Shown here: positions 1-9,562 of the stretch, piece after piece
Layout: each line of letters begins with the position of its first letter
How positions within the stretch are numbered: the first letter of the stretch is position 1
Assembly: GCA_963663765.2 (NCBI GenBank)
Contig: CAXXUA010000013.1
Span: 32,001-96,000, forward strand
Direction of reading: 5' to 3'
Length of the DNA: 64,000 nt
From: Candidatus Poribacteria bacterium
GTDB lineage: Bacteria > Poribacteria > WGA-4E > WGA-3G
Notes under the pieces: model-generated
What the model saw: only the letters and a program-made list of their open reading frames with translations
Told to the model about the DNA's origin: nothing
Database searches by the model: none
Position numbers and translations under genes: made by a program

Positions 1-785
1 TTTTAAAAAGTTGTTCGGAAATATATTTAGAAACAACAAGTATTACAGAACTCTTCAAGTACATTAAAGCCGCTAACTTACATGCAGATGCGTTTCGAGT
101 TTCAGTTGTAAAAAAACCTCGTAGCCTTAAAATTGACTCCATGGATTTGGCGCACAAGATTGGTAGTATGATAGCTGGCAAACCGAATTTATCCGAACCG
201 CAAACGGTATTCTTAACCGTGATTACTACCGAAAAAATCTGGTTTGGCAGACTTCTTTCTGAAGCAGACGGTAAGTGGGTTGAATATAACCAAAGACCCC
301 ATGTAACTTCCAGTTCACTACCCGCAAGGTTAGCGCTGGCACTTGTGAATATAATCTCATCACCAGGTGAACACCTGCTTGACCCGTGCTGTGGAACTGG
401 AACGATTGTCATGTCAGCAGCTCAATACGGTATGAAAGCAAGCGGATCTGATATCAACCCGCGAATGGTAGGCGCTACAACAAAAAACCTTTCACATTTT
501 GGACTTCATGCCGATGTTCAATTAAAAGATGCACGTGAGATCCAAAATACATTTGACGCAATCGCTACAGACCTACCTTACGGTCTCAGCCTCGTAAAGG
601 ATTCAGACGCAACTTACGACATACTTGCTAATCTACGTACATGCGCTCCTAAAGCCGCTTTCATTGATATTCGTGACATAAGCCAACAACTTACGGACAT
701 AGGGTATAGAGTTGAAACAATTATTCCTGTCCCAAAATTACAACTTATTCGTCGCGTCTTTATAACCTCTAACGCTGATCAATAA
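1..785 (+). CDS. SAM-dependent RNA methyltransferase (THUMP/Trm11/Trm14-like), 5' truncated by the window edge
   Basis: Frame is open from position 3. Motif I LLDPCCGTGT and motif IV TDLPYG are present. Confidence 0.75.
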   Translation, partial: LKSCSEIYLETTSITELFKYIKAANLHADAFRVSVVKKPRSLKIDSMDLAHKIGSMIAGKPNLSEPQTVFLTVITTEKIWFGRLLSEADGKWVEYNQRPHVTSSSLPARLALALVNIISSPGEHLLDPCCGTGTIVMSAAQYGMKASGSDINPRMVGATTKNLSHFGLHADVQLKDAREIQNTFDAIATDLPYGLSLVKDSDATYDILANLRTCAPKAAFIDIRDISQQLTDIGYRVETIIPVPKLQLIRRVFITSNADQ

Positions 786-1228
786 TCATCAATGTCTTCA
801 AAAAAATCTGTTTCTGGTAAGTACTCACCCTCATCTAGTTCATCTTCCTCATAATCTTCGTATTCTTCAAGTGTCATTAACGATTCCAATTCGCTTAGGT
901 TGTCAATATAAATTTTGCAAATCCAACCATCCCCTTCTGGTAGACTATTTATTATATCAATATCATCTTCAAGTACTGGGTTGACTTCGTATATTTCTCC
1001 TGCTACAGGTGCATAGAGGTAGAAATTACTCCCGGCTTCAGTTTCAATCCTGCCAATAATCTCACCTTGTTCACAATCTTGTTCAGGTGAAATATCAATG
1101 TAAATAATCTCTCCATGTATGTGTTGGGCGCGCTCTGTAATGCCGATGGTTCCATCTGAGTCAACAACTTCAATCCATTCATGTGTTGTTGTATATTTTA
1201 CTTTACTCAACGTGCATACCTCCAACAA
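779..1228 (-). CDS. Glycine cleavage H-like protein lacking the lipoyl-lysine, with an acidic C-terminal tail
   Basis: KYTTTHEWI..GTIGIT, YAPVAGEIYEVN and GWICKI match GcvH. The ESVK lipoylation site reads ETEAG. Confidence 0.75.
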   Translation of the reverse strand: MLEVCTLSKVKYTTTHEWIEVVDSDGTIGITERAQHIHGEIIYIDISPEQDCEQGEIIGRIETEAGSNFYLYAPVAGEIYEVNPVLEDDIDIINSLPEGDGWICKIYIDNLSELESLMTLEEYEDYEEDELDEGEYLPETDFFEDIDDY

Positions 1229-1237
1229 GTATTTTCA

Positions 1238-1840
1238 TCAATGTATTTCGTTTATTGTAATTCCAATGCTTTGAAGCTGTGCTTGGAAAGTTTCCAATTC
1301 ATTTGTCTGAATTTGTATATTAATGAGTGGGTTTGGGTTATATTCTATGTTGTTTATTTTACCTCCTAAACGTATACAGAGTGAAACTACTCTGCCAATC
1401 TGATGATAAGATGTACTAATCTTGAGGTTGTTGTAATTCAAAAGTTTCTTAACTGAAGCATTCTCAAGACAGGACCGAGCACATGCACCGTAAGCCCTAA
1501 TCAATCCTCCTATACCGAGGTTGATTCCCCCATAGTACCGTGCAACCACTAAGATTGTATTAGATAGACCTTTATTGCGAATCGCTGCAAGAATTGGAGG
1601 TCCTGCAGAATTCTTCGGTTCACCCGCATCAGAAGCATATTCCGTTGTTTCAACACCACCACCGAGAGTATACGCATAACAGTAGTGTGTGGCTTGCCGA
1701 ACTCGTGCTTGAACATCAGCAACAAACAACTTAACTTCTGTGAGGGCACCAATAGCTGTAGCTTCGGCAATAAACCTTGACTTCTTCACTACATGTTTAG
1801 CAGAAGCAATTCCAACAATGGTTCTGTTTTCTCCTGACAT
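1238..1840 (-). CDS. yigZ: YigZ/IMPACT family protein
   Basis: KKSRFIA, ATHYCYAY, SDAGEPKNSAG, RYYGGINLGIGGLIRAY. Confidence 0.9.
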   Translation of the reverse strand: MSGENRTIVGIASAKHVVKKSRFIAEATAIGALTEVKLFVADVQARVRQATHYCYAYTLGGGVETTEYASDAGEPKNSAGPPILAAIRNKGLSNTILVVARYYGGINLGIGGLIRAYGACARSCLENASVKKLLNYNNLKISTSYHQIGRVVSLCIRLGGKINNIEYNPNPLINIQIQTNELETFQAQLQSIGITINEIH

Positions 1841-1866
1841 AATAAGCAGATGATCAGTAACCCCGA

Positions 1867-1892
1867 TTTACCGGACACGTGATCCGGTAAAT
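1867..1892. terminator. Short hairpin (tttaccgga/tccggtaaa) between the barrel gene and yigZ
   Basis: A 9-10 bp inverted repeat with a 7-nt loop. Confidence 0.4.
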
Positions 1893-1948
1893 TTAGACAA
1901 AATTGCATTTATGAGATACACTGAAAATAAATTAGATAGTTTTGACCT

Positions 1949-3091
1949 TTAAAATGTCTGTCCAATTGAGAAGGTGTATACAGATGCACCTTGAACAATA
2001 TGTAACCGTTCATCAGTTCCTACAGTTGGTGTGTATTGCGGCGTATATGCTGTATTAAGTGTCCAGTTCCCGATACGTACACCTAATCCCAAACAGATAC
2101 CTTCTGCTTTCCATATTCGTTCCTCCATTTCAACGGACGTATTTTCCAAAAGAGAAACTGACGCATAACGACTATCTGTGTCCCTAATGTAACCTATTCG
2201 TAAACCAAAACGAGTAAGATACCAGATTTCAGTTCCAACGTTGGTTCGTATACCATTATTAAATGGTGGATGAATATCAAAACTAAGACTCAACGAGGCG
2301 TTTGAAAAATCATGTTTATAGACACAACCGGCACTGATACTCCGTTGGATTCTGTCAGGTATAATCGGATCAATAAATGACAGACCATTACTTAAACTAT
2401 GTGCAACTACGCCAAACTGAAAACGTCCTCCAATCCGTTGAATGAGACCAACATTGTAGGCATAACCGCGGCCAAAATGTTCAAAACCAGACTCATCAGT
2501 TATCTTGGAACGTAACCACTTCACATCAAATCCAATATAGGTGTTATCAATGAATTTTATACCATAACTTGCTCCAGCTGCAAGGTTATTTTCTGGATAA
2601 TTGTTGAGTGCTTTTCCTTCGTGATTGACACGACGAAAAGTACCTTCATGTGATGTCGAAATGGATATTCCCAAAGTACCGAACTTACCTATCGGAAATG
2701 CACAATTCAATGTTTCTATACCAGAAGCAAGTTCTTCATACTGACTATAGTCCTCATAGTTGTCATCATAATTTTGTTTGGATAGAAGTGCAATCGTCCG
2801 CGGGAAGCGAACCATGTGAATTGAAAATCTATTCCCTGAATCCATGGATATACCCGCAGGATTGTTACCCAAAGCATCAGCTCCATCGGTTAACCCCACA
2901 AAACTACCACCCATACCACGATACTCAGCACCAAATAGTTGTTTCAAGAATATATCAGCTTTAGCATTTGCAGCCGTTTCTGATGCGAATCCAACTGGAA
3001 CCACAGCAAAACAAATTATGCAAAATCCCAATAATAACAAACTACCGAAACGATGTCTATAGAGTACCATAAGACTTAGTAAATTTAACAT
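1949..3091 (-). CDS. PorV/PorQ (UPF0164)-like outer-membrane beta-barrel protein
   Basis: Signal peptide, then the motif FLKQLFGAEYRGMGGSFVGLTDGADALGNNPAG; amphipathic strands; terminal Phe. The true start may be downstream of 3091. Confidence 0.7.
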   Translation of the reverse strand: MLNLLSLMVLYRHRFGSLLLLGFCIICFAVVPVGFASETAANAKADIFLKQLFGAEYRGMGGSFVGLTDGADALGNNPAGISMDSGNRFSIHMVRFPRTIALLSKQNYDDNYEDYSQYEELASGIETLNCAFPIGKFGTLGISISTSHEGTFRRVNHEGKALNNYPENNLAAGASYGIKFIDNTYIGFDVKWLRSKITDESGFEHFGRGYAYNVGLIQRIGGRFQFGVVAHSLSNGLSFIDPIIPDRIQRSISAGCVYKHDFSNASLSLSFDIHPPFNNGIRTNVGTEIWYLTRFGLRIGYIRDTDSRYASVSLLENTSVEMEERIWKAEGICLGLGVRIGNWTLNTAYTPQYTPTVGTDERLHIVQGASVYTFSIGQTF

Positions 3092-3121
3092 TTCGTATTT
3101 TTTCTATTTGCTAACGTTATT

Positions 3122-3505
3122 TAGTTATACTAATATTTTGATTTTTTGAAAAATCAGTCCGCGGTAGGAGCGACCTCCCGGTCGCGATTATCTCACAAAA
3201 TAGTTATTCTAATATTTTGATACTTAAAATCAGTCCGCGGTAGGAGCGACCTCCCGGTCGCGATTATCTTACAAAATAGTTATTCTAATATTTTGATACT
3301 TAAAATCAGTCCGCGGTAGGAGCGACCTCCCGGTCGCGATTATCTCACAAAATAGTTATTCTAATATTTTGATACTTAAAATCAGTCCGCGGTAGGAGCG
3401 ACCTCCCGGTCGCGATTATCTCACAAAATAGTTATTCTAATATTTTGATACTTAAAATCAGTCCGCGGTAGGAGCGACCTCCCGGTCGCGATTATCTTAC
3501 AAAAT
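3122..3505 (+). repeat. Tandem array of five 76-bp units, each with a GTAG REP (GTAGGAGCGACCTCCCGGTCGCGA)
   Basis: cagtccgcgg recurs at 3155, 3231, 3307, 3383 and 3459. Units are nearly identical. Confidence 0.95.
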
Positions 3506-3563
3506 TGTAATAAATGATCAAAACTAAATAACCATGATTATTTGTAGAAAAGTAATCTGTAGC

Positions 3564-3956
3564 TTATTCTGAACAAAGAGTTACTTGTGCGACTGCATAA
3601 TTCACCGAGTGTGATAGACTGACAAATGTTGCAACAACACCAAGTTCTACGGCATATTCCTTAACTTTACCATGTAAATCTATAGACGGCTTACCGACAC
3701 TATTTGAACATATTTCTACATCTTGCCAATTCATCCCTGTCGTTAACCCAGTTCCAAGTGCTTTCAATGTTGCCTCTTTAGCAGCAAACCGTGCTGCAAG
3801 TCGAGCATAACGCGTTGGTGTGATTCCACAATAGTCAAGTTCTCTTAGCGTAAAAACGCGATGCTCAAACCGCTTTCCCCATTTAATAGAAAGTTGTCTA
3901 ATTCGTTCAACTTCAATAATATCAATGCCGATCCCATATATTCTTTGTTGAAACAT
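3564..3956 (-). CDS. acpS: Holo-[acyl-carrier-protein] synthase
   Basis: GIGIDIIEVERI, ARFAAKEATLKALGTG, VSLSHS. Confidence 0.95.
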   Translation of the reverse strand: MFQQRIYGIGIDIIEVERIRQLSIKWGKRFEHRVFTLRELDYCGITPTRYARLAARFAAKEATLKALGTGLTTGMNWQDVEICSNSVGKPSIDLHGKVKEYAVELGVVATFVSLSHSVNYAVAQVTLCSE

Positions 3957-3979
3957 CTATTAATATAATTTTATTTATT

Positions 3980-4807
3980 TTATCGGTATAGTACATCTGT
4001 TATTCGCGCTACACGTATTGTTGCCTGGACATCATGAACACGAACAATATCAGCCCCATGTGCTATTGCCCAGCACACCGTTGCAAGAGTACCTTCAAGC
4101 CTTTCAGTTACAGGTAAATCTAACAATTTGCCAATAAAGGATTTTCTGGATGTTCCGATTAGAACTGGTTTGTTAAGTTGTTTAAATACTTCAAGGTGCT
4201 TTAATATCTCTAAGTTCTGATTGATCGTTTTGCCAAACCCTAATCCAGGGTCAATAATAATACTGTCTGGGTCAATATCGTTTTCTGTAGCAAAAAAAAT
4301 CCATCTTTCCAATGAATCACAAACATCCTTGACAACATTATCGTACTTCGGGGAACGTTGCATTGTTTCGGGTGTTCCCTGCATGTGCATCAAGATTACA
4401 CCAGCATCCATTTCAGCTGCAACATTTACCATCGCAGAATCACCGCGTAAAGCAGTAATATCGTTAATGATGTGTGCCCCTGCTTCAAGCGCTTTTCTTG
4501 CAACTACAGCTTTTGTGGTATCTACTGAGTATAATACGTCCAATTGCTCAGAAATAAGTGCTTTAATCACAGGTATTACTCGGTTGATTTCTACATCTGT
4601 AGGTACAGGGTCAGCACCAGGACGTGAAGATTCACCCCCAATGTCAACAATAGTTGCACCTTCTACGACCATTGTCTTGGCATGCAACACAGCAGAATCA
4701 ATATCTAAGTAAGTTCCACCATCCGAAAATGAATCTGGGGTAACGTTTAGAACACCCATGATATGAGTGTGTTCACCAAAAATAAGTTCTTTGCCTCGGC
4801 AGTTCAT
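3980..4807 (-). CDS. folP: Dihydropteroate synthase
   Basis: [47 protein letters not shown]. Confidence 0.95.
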   Translation of the reverse strand: MNCRGKELIFGEHTHIMGVLNVTPDSFSDGGTYLDIDSAVLHAKTMVVEGATIVDIGGESSRPGADPVPTDVEINRVIPVIKALISEQLDVLYSVDTTKAVVARKALEAGAHIINDITALRGDSAMVNVAAEMDAGVILMHMQGTPETMQRSPKYDNVVKDVCDSLERWIFFATENDIDPDSIIIDPGLGFGKTINQNLEILKHLEVFKQLNKPVLIGTSRKSFIGKLLDLPVTERLEGTLATVCWAIAHGADIVRVHDVQATIRVARITDVLYR

Positions 4808-6738
4808 GTAATAGGTTTTGATGGTAACTGCGGTCTGGGACCGAGGATTTCTTCTATCTCTTCAGTGATAAGGGTCTCTCGTTCTAACAATGCATCAGCA
4901 AGAAGTTTTAATCCATCAAGGTTGGTTTCTATGATTTTTCTCGCCTTTTCATAACACTCCATAACGATGTCATAAACTGCTTTGTCAATTGAAATAGCTG
5001 TCTCCTCGCTGTAGTCTTGGTGAACTGCTAATTCTTTACCGAGAAAGATCTGTTCATCCCTTCTACCGAAAGTCAAAGGTCCTAATGGACTCATGCCCCA
5101 TTGAGTCACCATCCTACGTGCCAATTGTGTAGCTTGTTCAAAATCATTCTGCGCACCGGTAGTCTGCTCATCAAAAATGATCTCTTCAGCAACACGTCCA
5201 CCTAACGCAAAAATGATATGCGCAAGGAGACCTTTTCTGTTCAGATTGTGACGCTCTTCAAGAGGGAGTTTTGCAGTTACACCCAATGCTCTACCACGAG
5301 GAACGATAGTACATTTGTAGTTTGGATCACTTTCGGGAACAAAATGTAACATCAGCGCATGTCCAGCTTCATGATAGGCAGTGATACGTCTTTCTTCTTC
5401 ACTAATAACCAGACTCCGCCGCTCCGGTCCCATCAGAACTCGGTCTTTCGCCTCATCAAAGCATCTCATATCAATATTTTCTTTGTCCTCTCTTGCTGCA
5501 AGCAATGCGGCTTCGTTTGCCATATTCTTCAAGTCAGCACCTGAAAAACCGGGAGTTGCTTTCGCTAAGATCTCTAAATTTACATCTTCAGAAAGTTTGT
5601 AAGGTTCTTTCGTATGCACGCCAAGAATGGCTTCTCTCCCACGCACATCTGGTAAATCTACAATAACTTGTCTATCAAATCTTCCGGGACGAAGTAAGGC
5701 AGGATCAAGAACATCGGGACGGTTTGTCGCTGCAATTAAAATAACACTTTCAGATTCCTCAAAACCTTGCATTTGTACAAGCAATGCATTTAATGTCTGT
5801 TCCCTTTCATCATGACCGCCACCAATACCCGCTCCACGGTGACGACCTACAGCGTCAAGTTCATCTATAAATATAATACAAGGGGCGTTTTTCTTACCCG
5901 TTTCAAAAAGATCACGAACACGGGATGCACCAACACCGACAAACATTTCTACAAAGTCTGAACCACTGATAGTATAAAACGGTACATCTGCTTCACCCGC
6001 AACTGCCCTCGCAAGCATCGTTTTTCCCGTACCTGGCGGTCCAACTAACAAAACACCTTTCGGAATAGTACCACCCAGTCGCTCATACTTTTTCGGAGCT
6101 TTCAGGAATTCAATCACCTCTTCAAGAGCATCTTTTGCTTCATCCACTCCCGCGACATCATCAAATGTTATAGGTTTATCATTTTCCGTATGCAACCTCG
6201 CTTTGCTCTTACCAAAAGAAAGCGCACGATTCCCACTCCCTTGCATCTGACGTGACAAGAATATCATCAAACCCAGAAATATCATCAACGGTACGACTGT
6301 AGTACCGATAACAAGCAACCAGTCAGGAAAACCGGATGGCGTTTTTACAGTATAACCTATCCCTTTCAGATCCAACTTTTCTTGATAATTGTAATCTTCA
6401 ATTGTATCCCGACTTGTTTTAAATAAGCCTTTCCAATCTTTAGAAATCGGTATTTGTCTCACTTCAAAGTCTCGAAATACATGTCCTAAGAAATTTGGAT
6501 GAAACTTCCCTTCTATCCATTCGTCATCAAGAAGCAGATAACCTTCAAAGTAAGGATTTTCTTCTTCAATTTTAATATCTTCTTTATCATCAATTTGATT
6601 GATGTAATAATGAAAATCGTATGTTGCTAATTCAATAACTTGGTCATTTCGATTAATAAGTTGATAGATAGCGACAACAACCACCAAACCCAAAATAAAC
6701 CAAACGAACATGTTTTTAGTGTTCTTGTTCAAAACCAA
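4804..6738 (-). CDS. ftsH: ATP-dependent zinc metalloprotease FtsH
   Basis: Two TM segments, [28 protein letters not shown]; sits upstream of folP. Confidence 0.97.
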   Translation of the reverse strand: MVLNKNTKNMFVWFILGLVVVVAIYQLINRNDQVIELATYDFHYYINQIDDKEDIKIEEENPYFEGYLLLDDEWIEGKFHPNFLGHVFRDFEVRQIPISKDWKGLFKTSRDTIEDYNYQEKLDLKGIGYTVKTPSGFPDWLLVIGTTVVPLMIFLGLMIFLSRQMQGSGNRALSFGKSKARLHTENDKPITFDDVAGVDEAKDALEEVIEFLKAPKKYERLGGTIPKGVLLVGPPGTGKTMLARAVAGEADVPFYTISGSDFVEMFVGVGASRVRDLFETGKKNAPCIIFIDELDAVGRHRGAGIGGGHDEREQTLNALLVQMQGFEESESVILIAATNRPDVLDPALLRPGRFDRQVIVDLPDVRGREAILGVHTKEPYKLSEDVNLEILAKATPGFSGADLKNMANEAALLAAREDKENIDMRCFDEAKDRVLMGPERRSLVISEEERRITAYHEAGHALMLHFVPESDPNYKCTIVPRGRALGVTAKLPLEERHNLNRKGLLAHIIFALGGRVAEEIIFDEQTTGAQNDFEQATQLARRMVTQWGMSPLGPLTFGRRDEQIFLGKELAVHQDYSEETAISIDKAVYDIVMECYEKARKIIETNLDGLKLLADALLERETLITEEIEEILGPRPQLPSKPIT

Positions 6739-7134
6739 TCGCCTCGTATTTTAACGTCATTAATTATTTGCATAAACAACTATGCAGCAGACTATGGCGC
6801 GCATCAAAGAATGACATTCAATCTTGAGTCCACACAACCTAATAGATACGCTAAATTTTTGATGTAGTGTCTGTTATAGTAAAATATGTATATGATATTT
6901 TCTGAAAGAATTATAACATACTTTTTACTTAATGGCAACTGAAAATAGAATTTACTCTCAAAAACCTAACCACAATAAGTATATTATGAAGAAGTAAACT
7001 CAAATTGTTACATGGAAGAACATCGTAAATCTTTGAACATGATTTTAAAGATTTATTCAATATTTCCAATTATTCTGTAGAAAAACAATAAAGTATATTT
7101 TAATTTGGCAATAGATAATTTTATACTATAGTTT

Positions 7135-8684
7135 CCTTGTTTTTGTCCAATGAATACATATTTTCATTATTTACTTTAGAGTGTCTGAAAGTAGGAATAA
7201 TATACCATTGAACATCTAAAAAGGTTATACTAAAAGTATTTAAGCCTTAGACTTTTAGAGGTATACAATGGCAAAAAGAAGTATAGCAAGAAAACGGAGC
7301 AAGCACAATGTAAAAAAATGGGTCGTAACGCCTCAGGCACCGTTGTGTGCTCTCGGAGAGGTGTTGCGTGTTCGTGAGGTATTTCAGCCGATCCATGACC
7401 GCGTGAGCATTCCGCAGAAAACAGTTGTGTATCGTCCGACAGACAAGTTAGTTTTCGTCGTGTTAGGGATACTATCCGGAGCGGAGACGGTATCTGAAAT
7501 CCAAACCAAAGTTCGCCCGGATCGTGGTTTGTTAGCGGCGTTTGGTTACGAAAGATGTGCGGATGCCTCAGTGATCCAGCAAACATTAGATGCATCAACG
7601 GAGGCGACTGTTGCTTCTCTTGAAGCGACTTTAGCGGAGATGCGTCTCCAGCAAGGTCATAAGCGTCAGGTGTCTCTGGCGTCTCAAGAGGCGATACATG
7701 TGGATATAGACCTCTCTTCCTTGCCGATTAGCAAGCGTGCCGAGGGTTCAGAGAAAGGTTACGTTGCGAAAAAGCCGAACACTTATACCCGTCAGTTGGC
7801 CCGGATGGTCTGTGGAGACACCCAAGAGATATTTACGCAGGGGTTATACTCCGGTAAAACCAACAGTAATACTGTTTTCAAGCCGATGCTTGGTAAACTT
7901 GAGACTGTTTTGACACTTGATACGGTTGAGAAACGGAACCGAGTTCGGATTCGCTTTGATGCTGGATTCGGCACGGATGCCAATATCAATTATGCGTTAT
8001 GGCGCGGATATCAACTGCTTGGGAAGATGTATAACACCCGCCGCATCCAGAAGTTAGTAGGAACCGTGGAGGCGTGGGAGCCTGTTCCGACTTCCAAAGG
8101 CGTAAAGGGTAGAGAAGCGGGATGGGTTAGAGAGCCGCATCGGTATGCAAGACGGACAGTTCAAGTCGCTGTGAGAACACCGAAAAAAGATGGCAGTTGG
8201 AGTTATGCGGTGTTGGTTTCAACCGACACTACCGCTACGCTTGAAGACCTTGTGTGTGAATATGACCTACGCAGTGGGGGGCCGGAGAACTCATTCTGCC
8301 AGGATTATCAAGCACTCTCTTTACGAAAATACCGAAAAGCAGGATTTATCGCACAGCAAGTTTTGCTTCTACTCTTTGAACTCGCTCACAACTTGATGAT
8401 TTGGATGAAAGAGTGGTTCATAGAAGCGGTTGAGACACCTCAAGATGCCTCGGAGAAAACCGAAAACGCACACCGAAAGGCGACAAAGATGCTTGAAGAA
8501 CGAGGACTGAAACGGTTGAGGAGAGACATCTTGGTGATCCCAGGAAAAGTCTGCATCGAAAGAGGTAAGAAGGTCGTTGGCATACGGATCAACCCATTAT
8601 ACCCCTTCGGACAGCAAATCACCACTGCTACCAAGGCACTTTTCGGACAGTATGAGATACTCTTGTTAATGGACAAAATCTAGG
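7135..8684 (+). mobile_element. IS1380-like insertion sequence (~1550 bp)
   Basis: Imperfect TIRs ccttgtttttgtcca (7135) and tggacaaaatctagg (ending 8684) enclose a DDE transposase. No clear TSD. Confidence 0.7.
7268..8683 (+). CDS. DDE transposase (IS1380/IS4-like)
   Basis: HVDID.S, RIRFDAGF and Y..R...EN signature motifs. Confidence 0.85.
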   Translation: MAKRSIARKRSKHNVKKWVVTPQAPLCALGEVLRVREVFQPIHDRVSIPQKTVVYRPTDKLVFVVLGILSGAETVSEIQTKVRPDRGLLAAFGYERCADASVIQQTLDASTEATVASLEATLAEMRLQQGHKRQVSLASQEAIHVDIDLSSLPISKRAEGSEKGYVAKKPNTYTRQLARMVCGDTQEIFTQGLYSGKTNSNTVFKPMLGKLETVLTLDTVEKRNRVRIRFDAGFGTDANINYALWRGYQLLGKMYNTRRIQKLVGTVEAWEPVPTSKGVKGREAGWVREPHRYARRTVQVAVRTPKKDGSWSYAVLVSTDTTATLEDLVCEYDLRSGGPENSFCQDYQALSLRKYRKAGFIAQQVLLLLFELAHNLMIWMKEWFIEAVETPQDASEKTENAHRKATKMLEERGLKRLRRDILVIPGKVCIERGKKVVGIRINPLYPFGQQITTATKALFGQYEILLLMDKI

Positions 8685-8928
8685 TAAATACCCATCCCGG
8701 TATGCGTGCTTTGTAAGTGCGCCGATAAACACAGGATTGGCAACGGCGCACTTACAAAGCACGCCTGCGGGGGAGGGCAGTTAGGGGGCCGCGCTTACAA
8801 AGCACGCCTGCAGGTGAGGGCGGGTGAGTACGGGGCGCGCTTACAAAGCACGCCTACCTTGAGTGAGAAAATCGTGGTTTCAAGGTTTCCCTCCAACAAT
8901 AATATGAATCGCTAAGTTGACACCTATG
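8685..8928. mobile_element. Left-truncated copy of the IS231-like MITE carrying GCGCGCTTACAAAGCACGCCT REPs
   Basis: Near-identical to 8980-9213 and ends taagttgacacctatg. Its left end is replaced by the IS1380-like right end. Confidence 0.8.
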
Positions 8929-8947
8929 GGTATCGTGATTTGAGACC

Positions 8948-9213
8948 CATAGGTGTCAACTTAAGAAAAAGTCAAGTGCTAAATACCCCATCCCGGTATG
9001 CGTGCTTTGTAAGTGCGCCGATAAACACAGGATTGGCAACGGCGCGCTTACAAAGCACACCTGCGGGGGAGGGCAGTTAGGGGCCGCGCTTACAAATCAC
9101 GCCTGCAGGTGAGTACGGGGCGCGCTTACAAAGCACGCCTACCTTGAGTGAGAAAATCGTGGTTTCAAGGTTTCCCACCTACAATAATATGAATCGGTAA
9201 GTTGACACCTATG
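8948..9213. mobile_element. IS231-like MITE (266 bp) with REP cargo and a 19-bp flanking duplication
   Basis: TIRs cataggtgtcaactta / taagttgacacctatg. Flanks ggtatcgtgatttgagacc (8929-8947) and ggtatcgtaatttgagacc (9214-9232). Confidence 0.85.
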
Positions 9214-9334
9214 GGTATCGTAATTTGAGACCTTTCGATCCCTTTTGAAATTAGATAGGGACTGGGATTGATAGCCTCTCATTGATCAACTGGATCCCGA
9301 AATGTTTGGACGAAAACAAGGAAACTATAGTAAT
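9214..9334 (+). repeat. ~120-bp IS1380-like end segment, directly repeated at 17886-18006
   Basis: Near-identical sequence ending ggacgaaaacaaggaaactatagtaat in both places. Confidence 0.9.
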
Positions 9335-9486
9335 AGTAAGCAAAGAAATTTCATTACACATCTCGTGTTGATTGATGCGCGGATGACACGGTACGTGCGG
9401 ATCACGTAGTTTGTGTTTTTGATGTTATCTATCCAAACAATCTAAAGAATGTGTCACAAAGAACCTGCACGTTAAATGACACATCA

Positions 9487-9537
9487 GGTGCGGTTTCCCG
9501 CTGAATCCGTGTATGGTATTTGTCGGGAAACCGCACC
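9487..9537. repeat. REP-like inverted repeat ggtgcggtttccc/gggaaaccgcacc (family also at 13801, 26500 and, degenerate, 57133)
   Basis: 14-bp stem downstream of the WD40 gene; may act as a terminator. Confidence 0.7.
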
Positions 9538-9562
9538 AACTTTTCGCGTGGCATCAAACGTG

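Noticed and set aside
3122-3505. CRISPR array
   Set aside because: The sequence between palindromes is the same in every unit, so there are no unique spacers; no cas genes nearby.
8700-9145. CRISPR-like repeat of gcgcttacaaagcacgcc
   Set aside because: Spacers are short and irregular, one copy is inverted, and the whole block is duplicated inside MITE ends; these are REP clusters.
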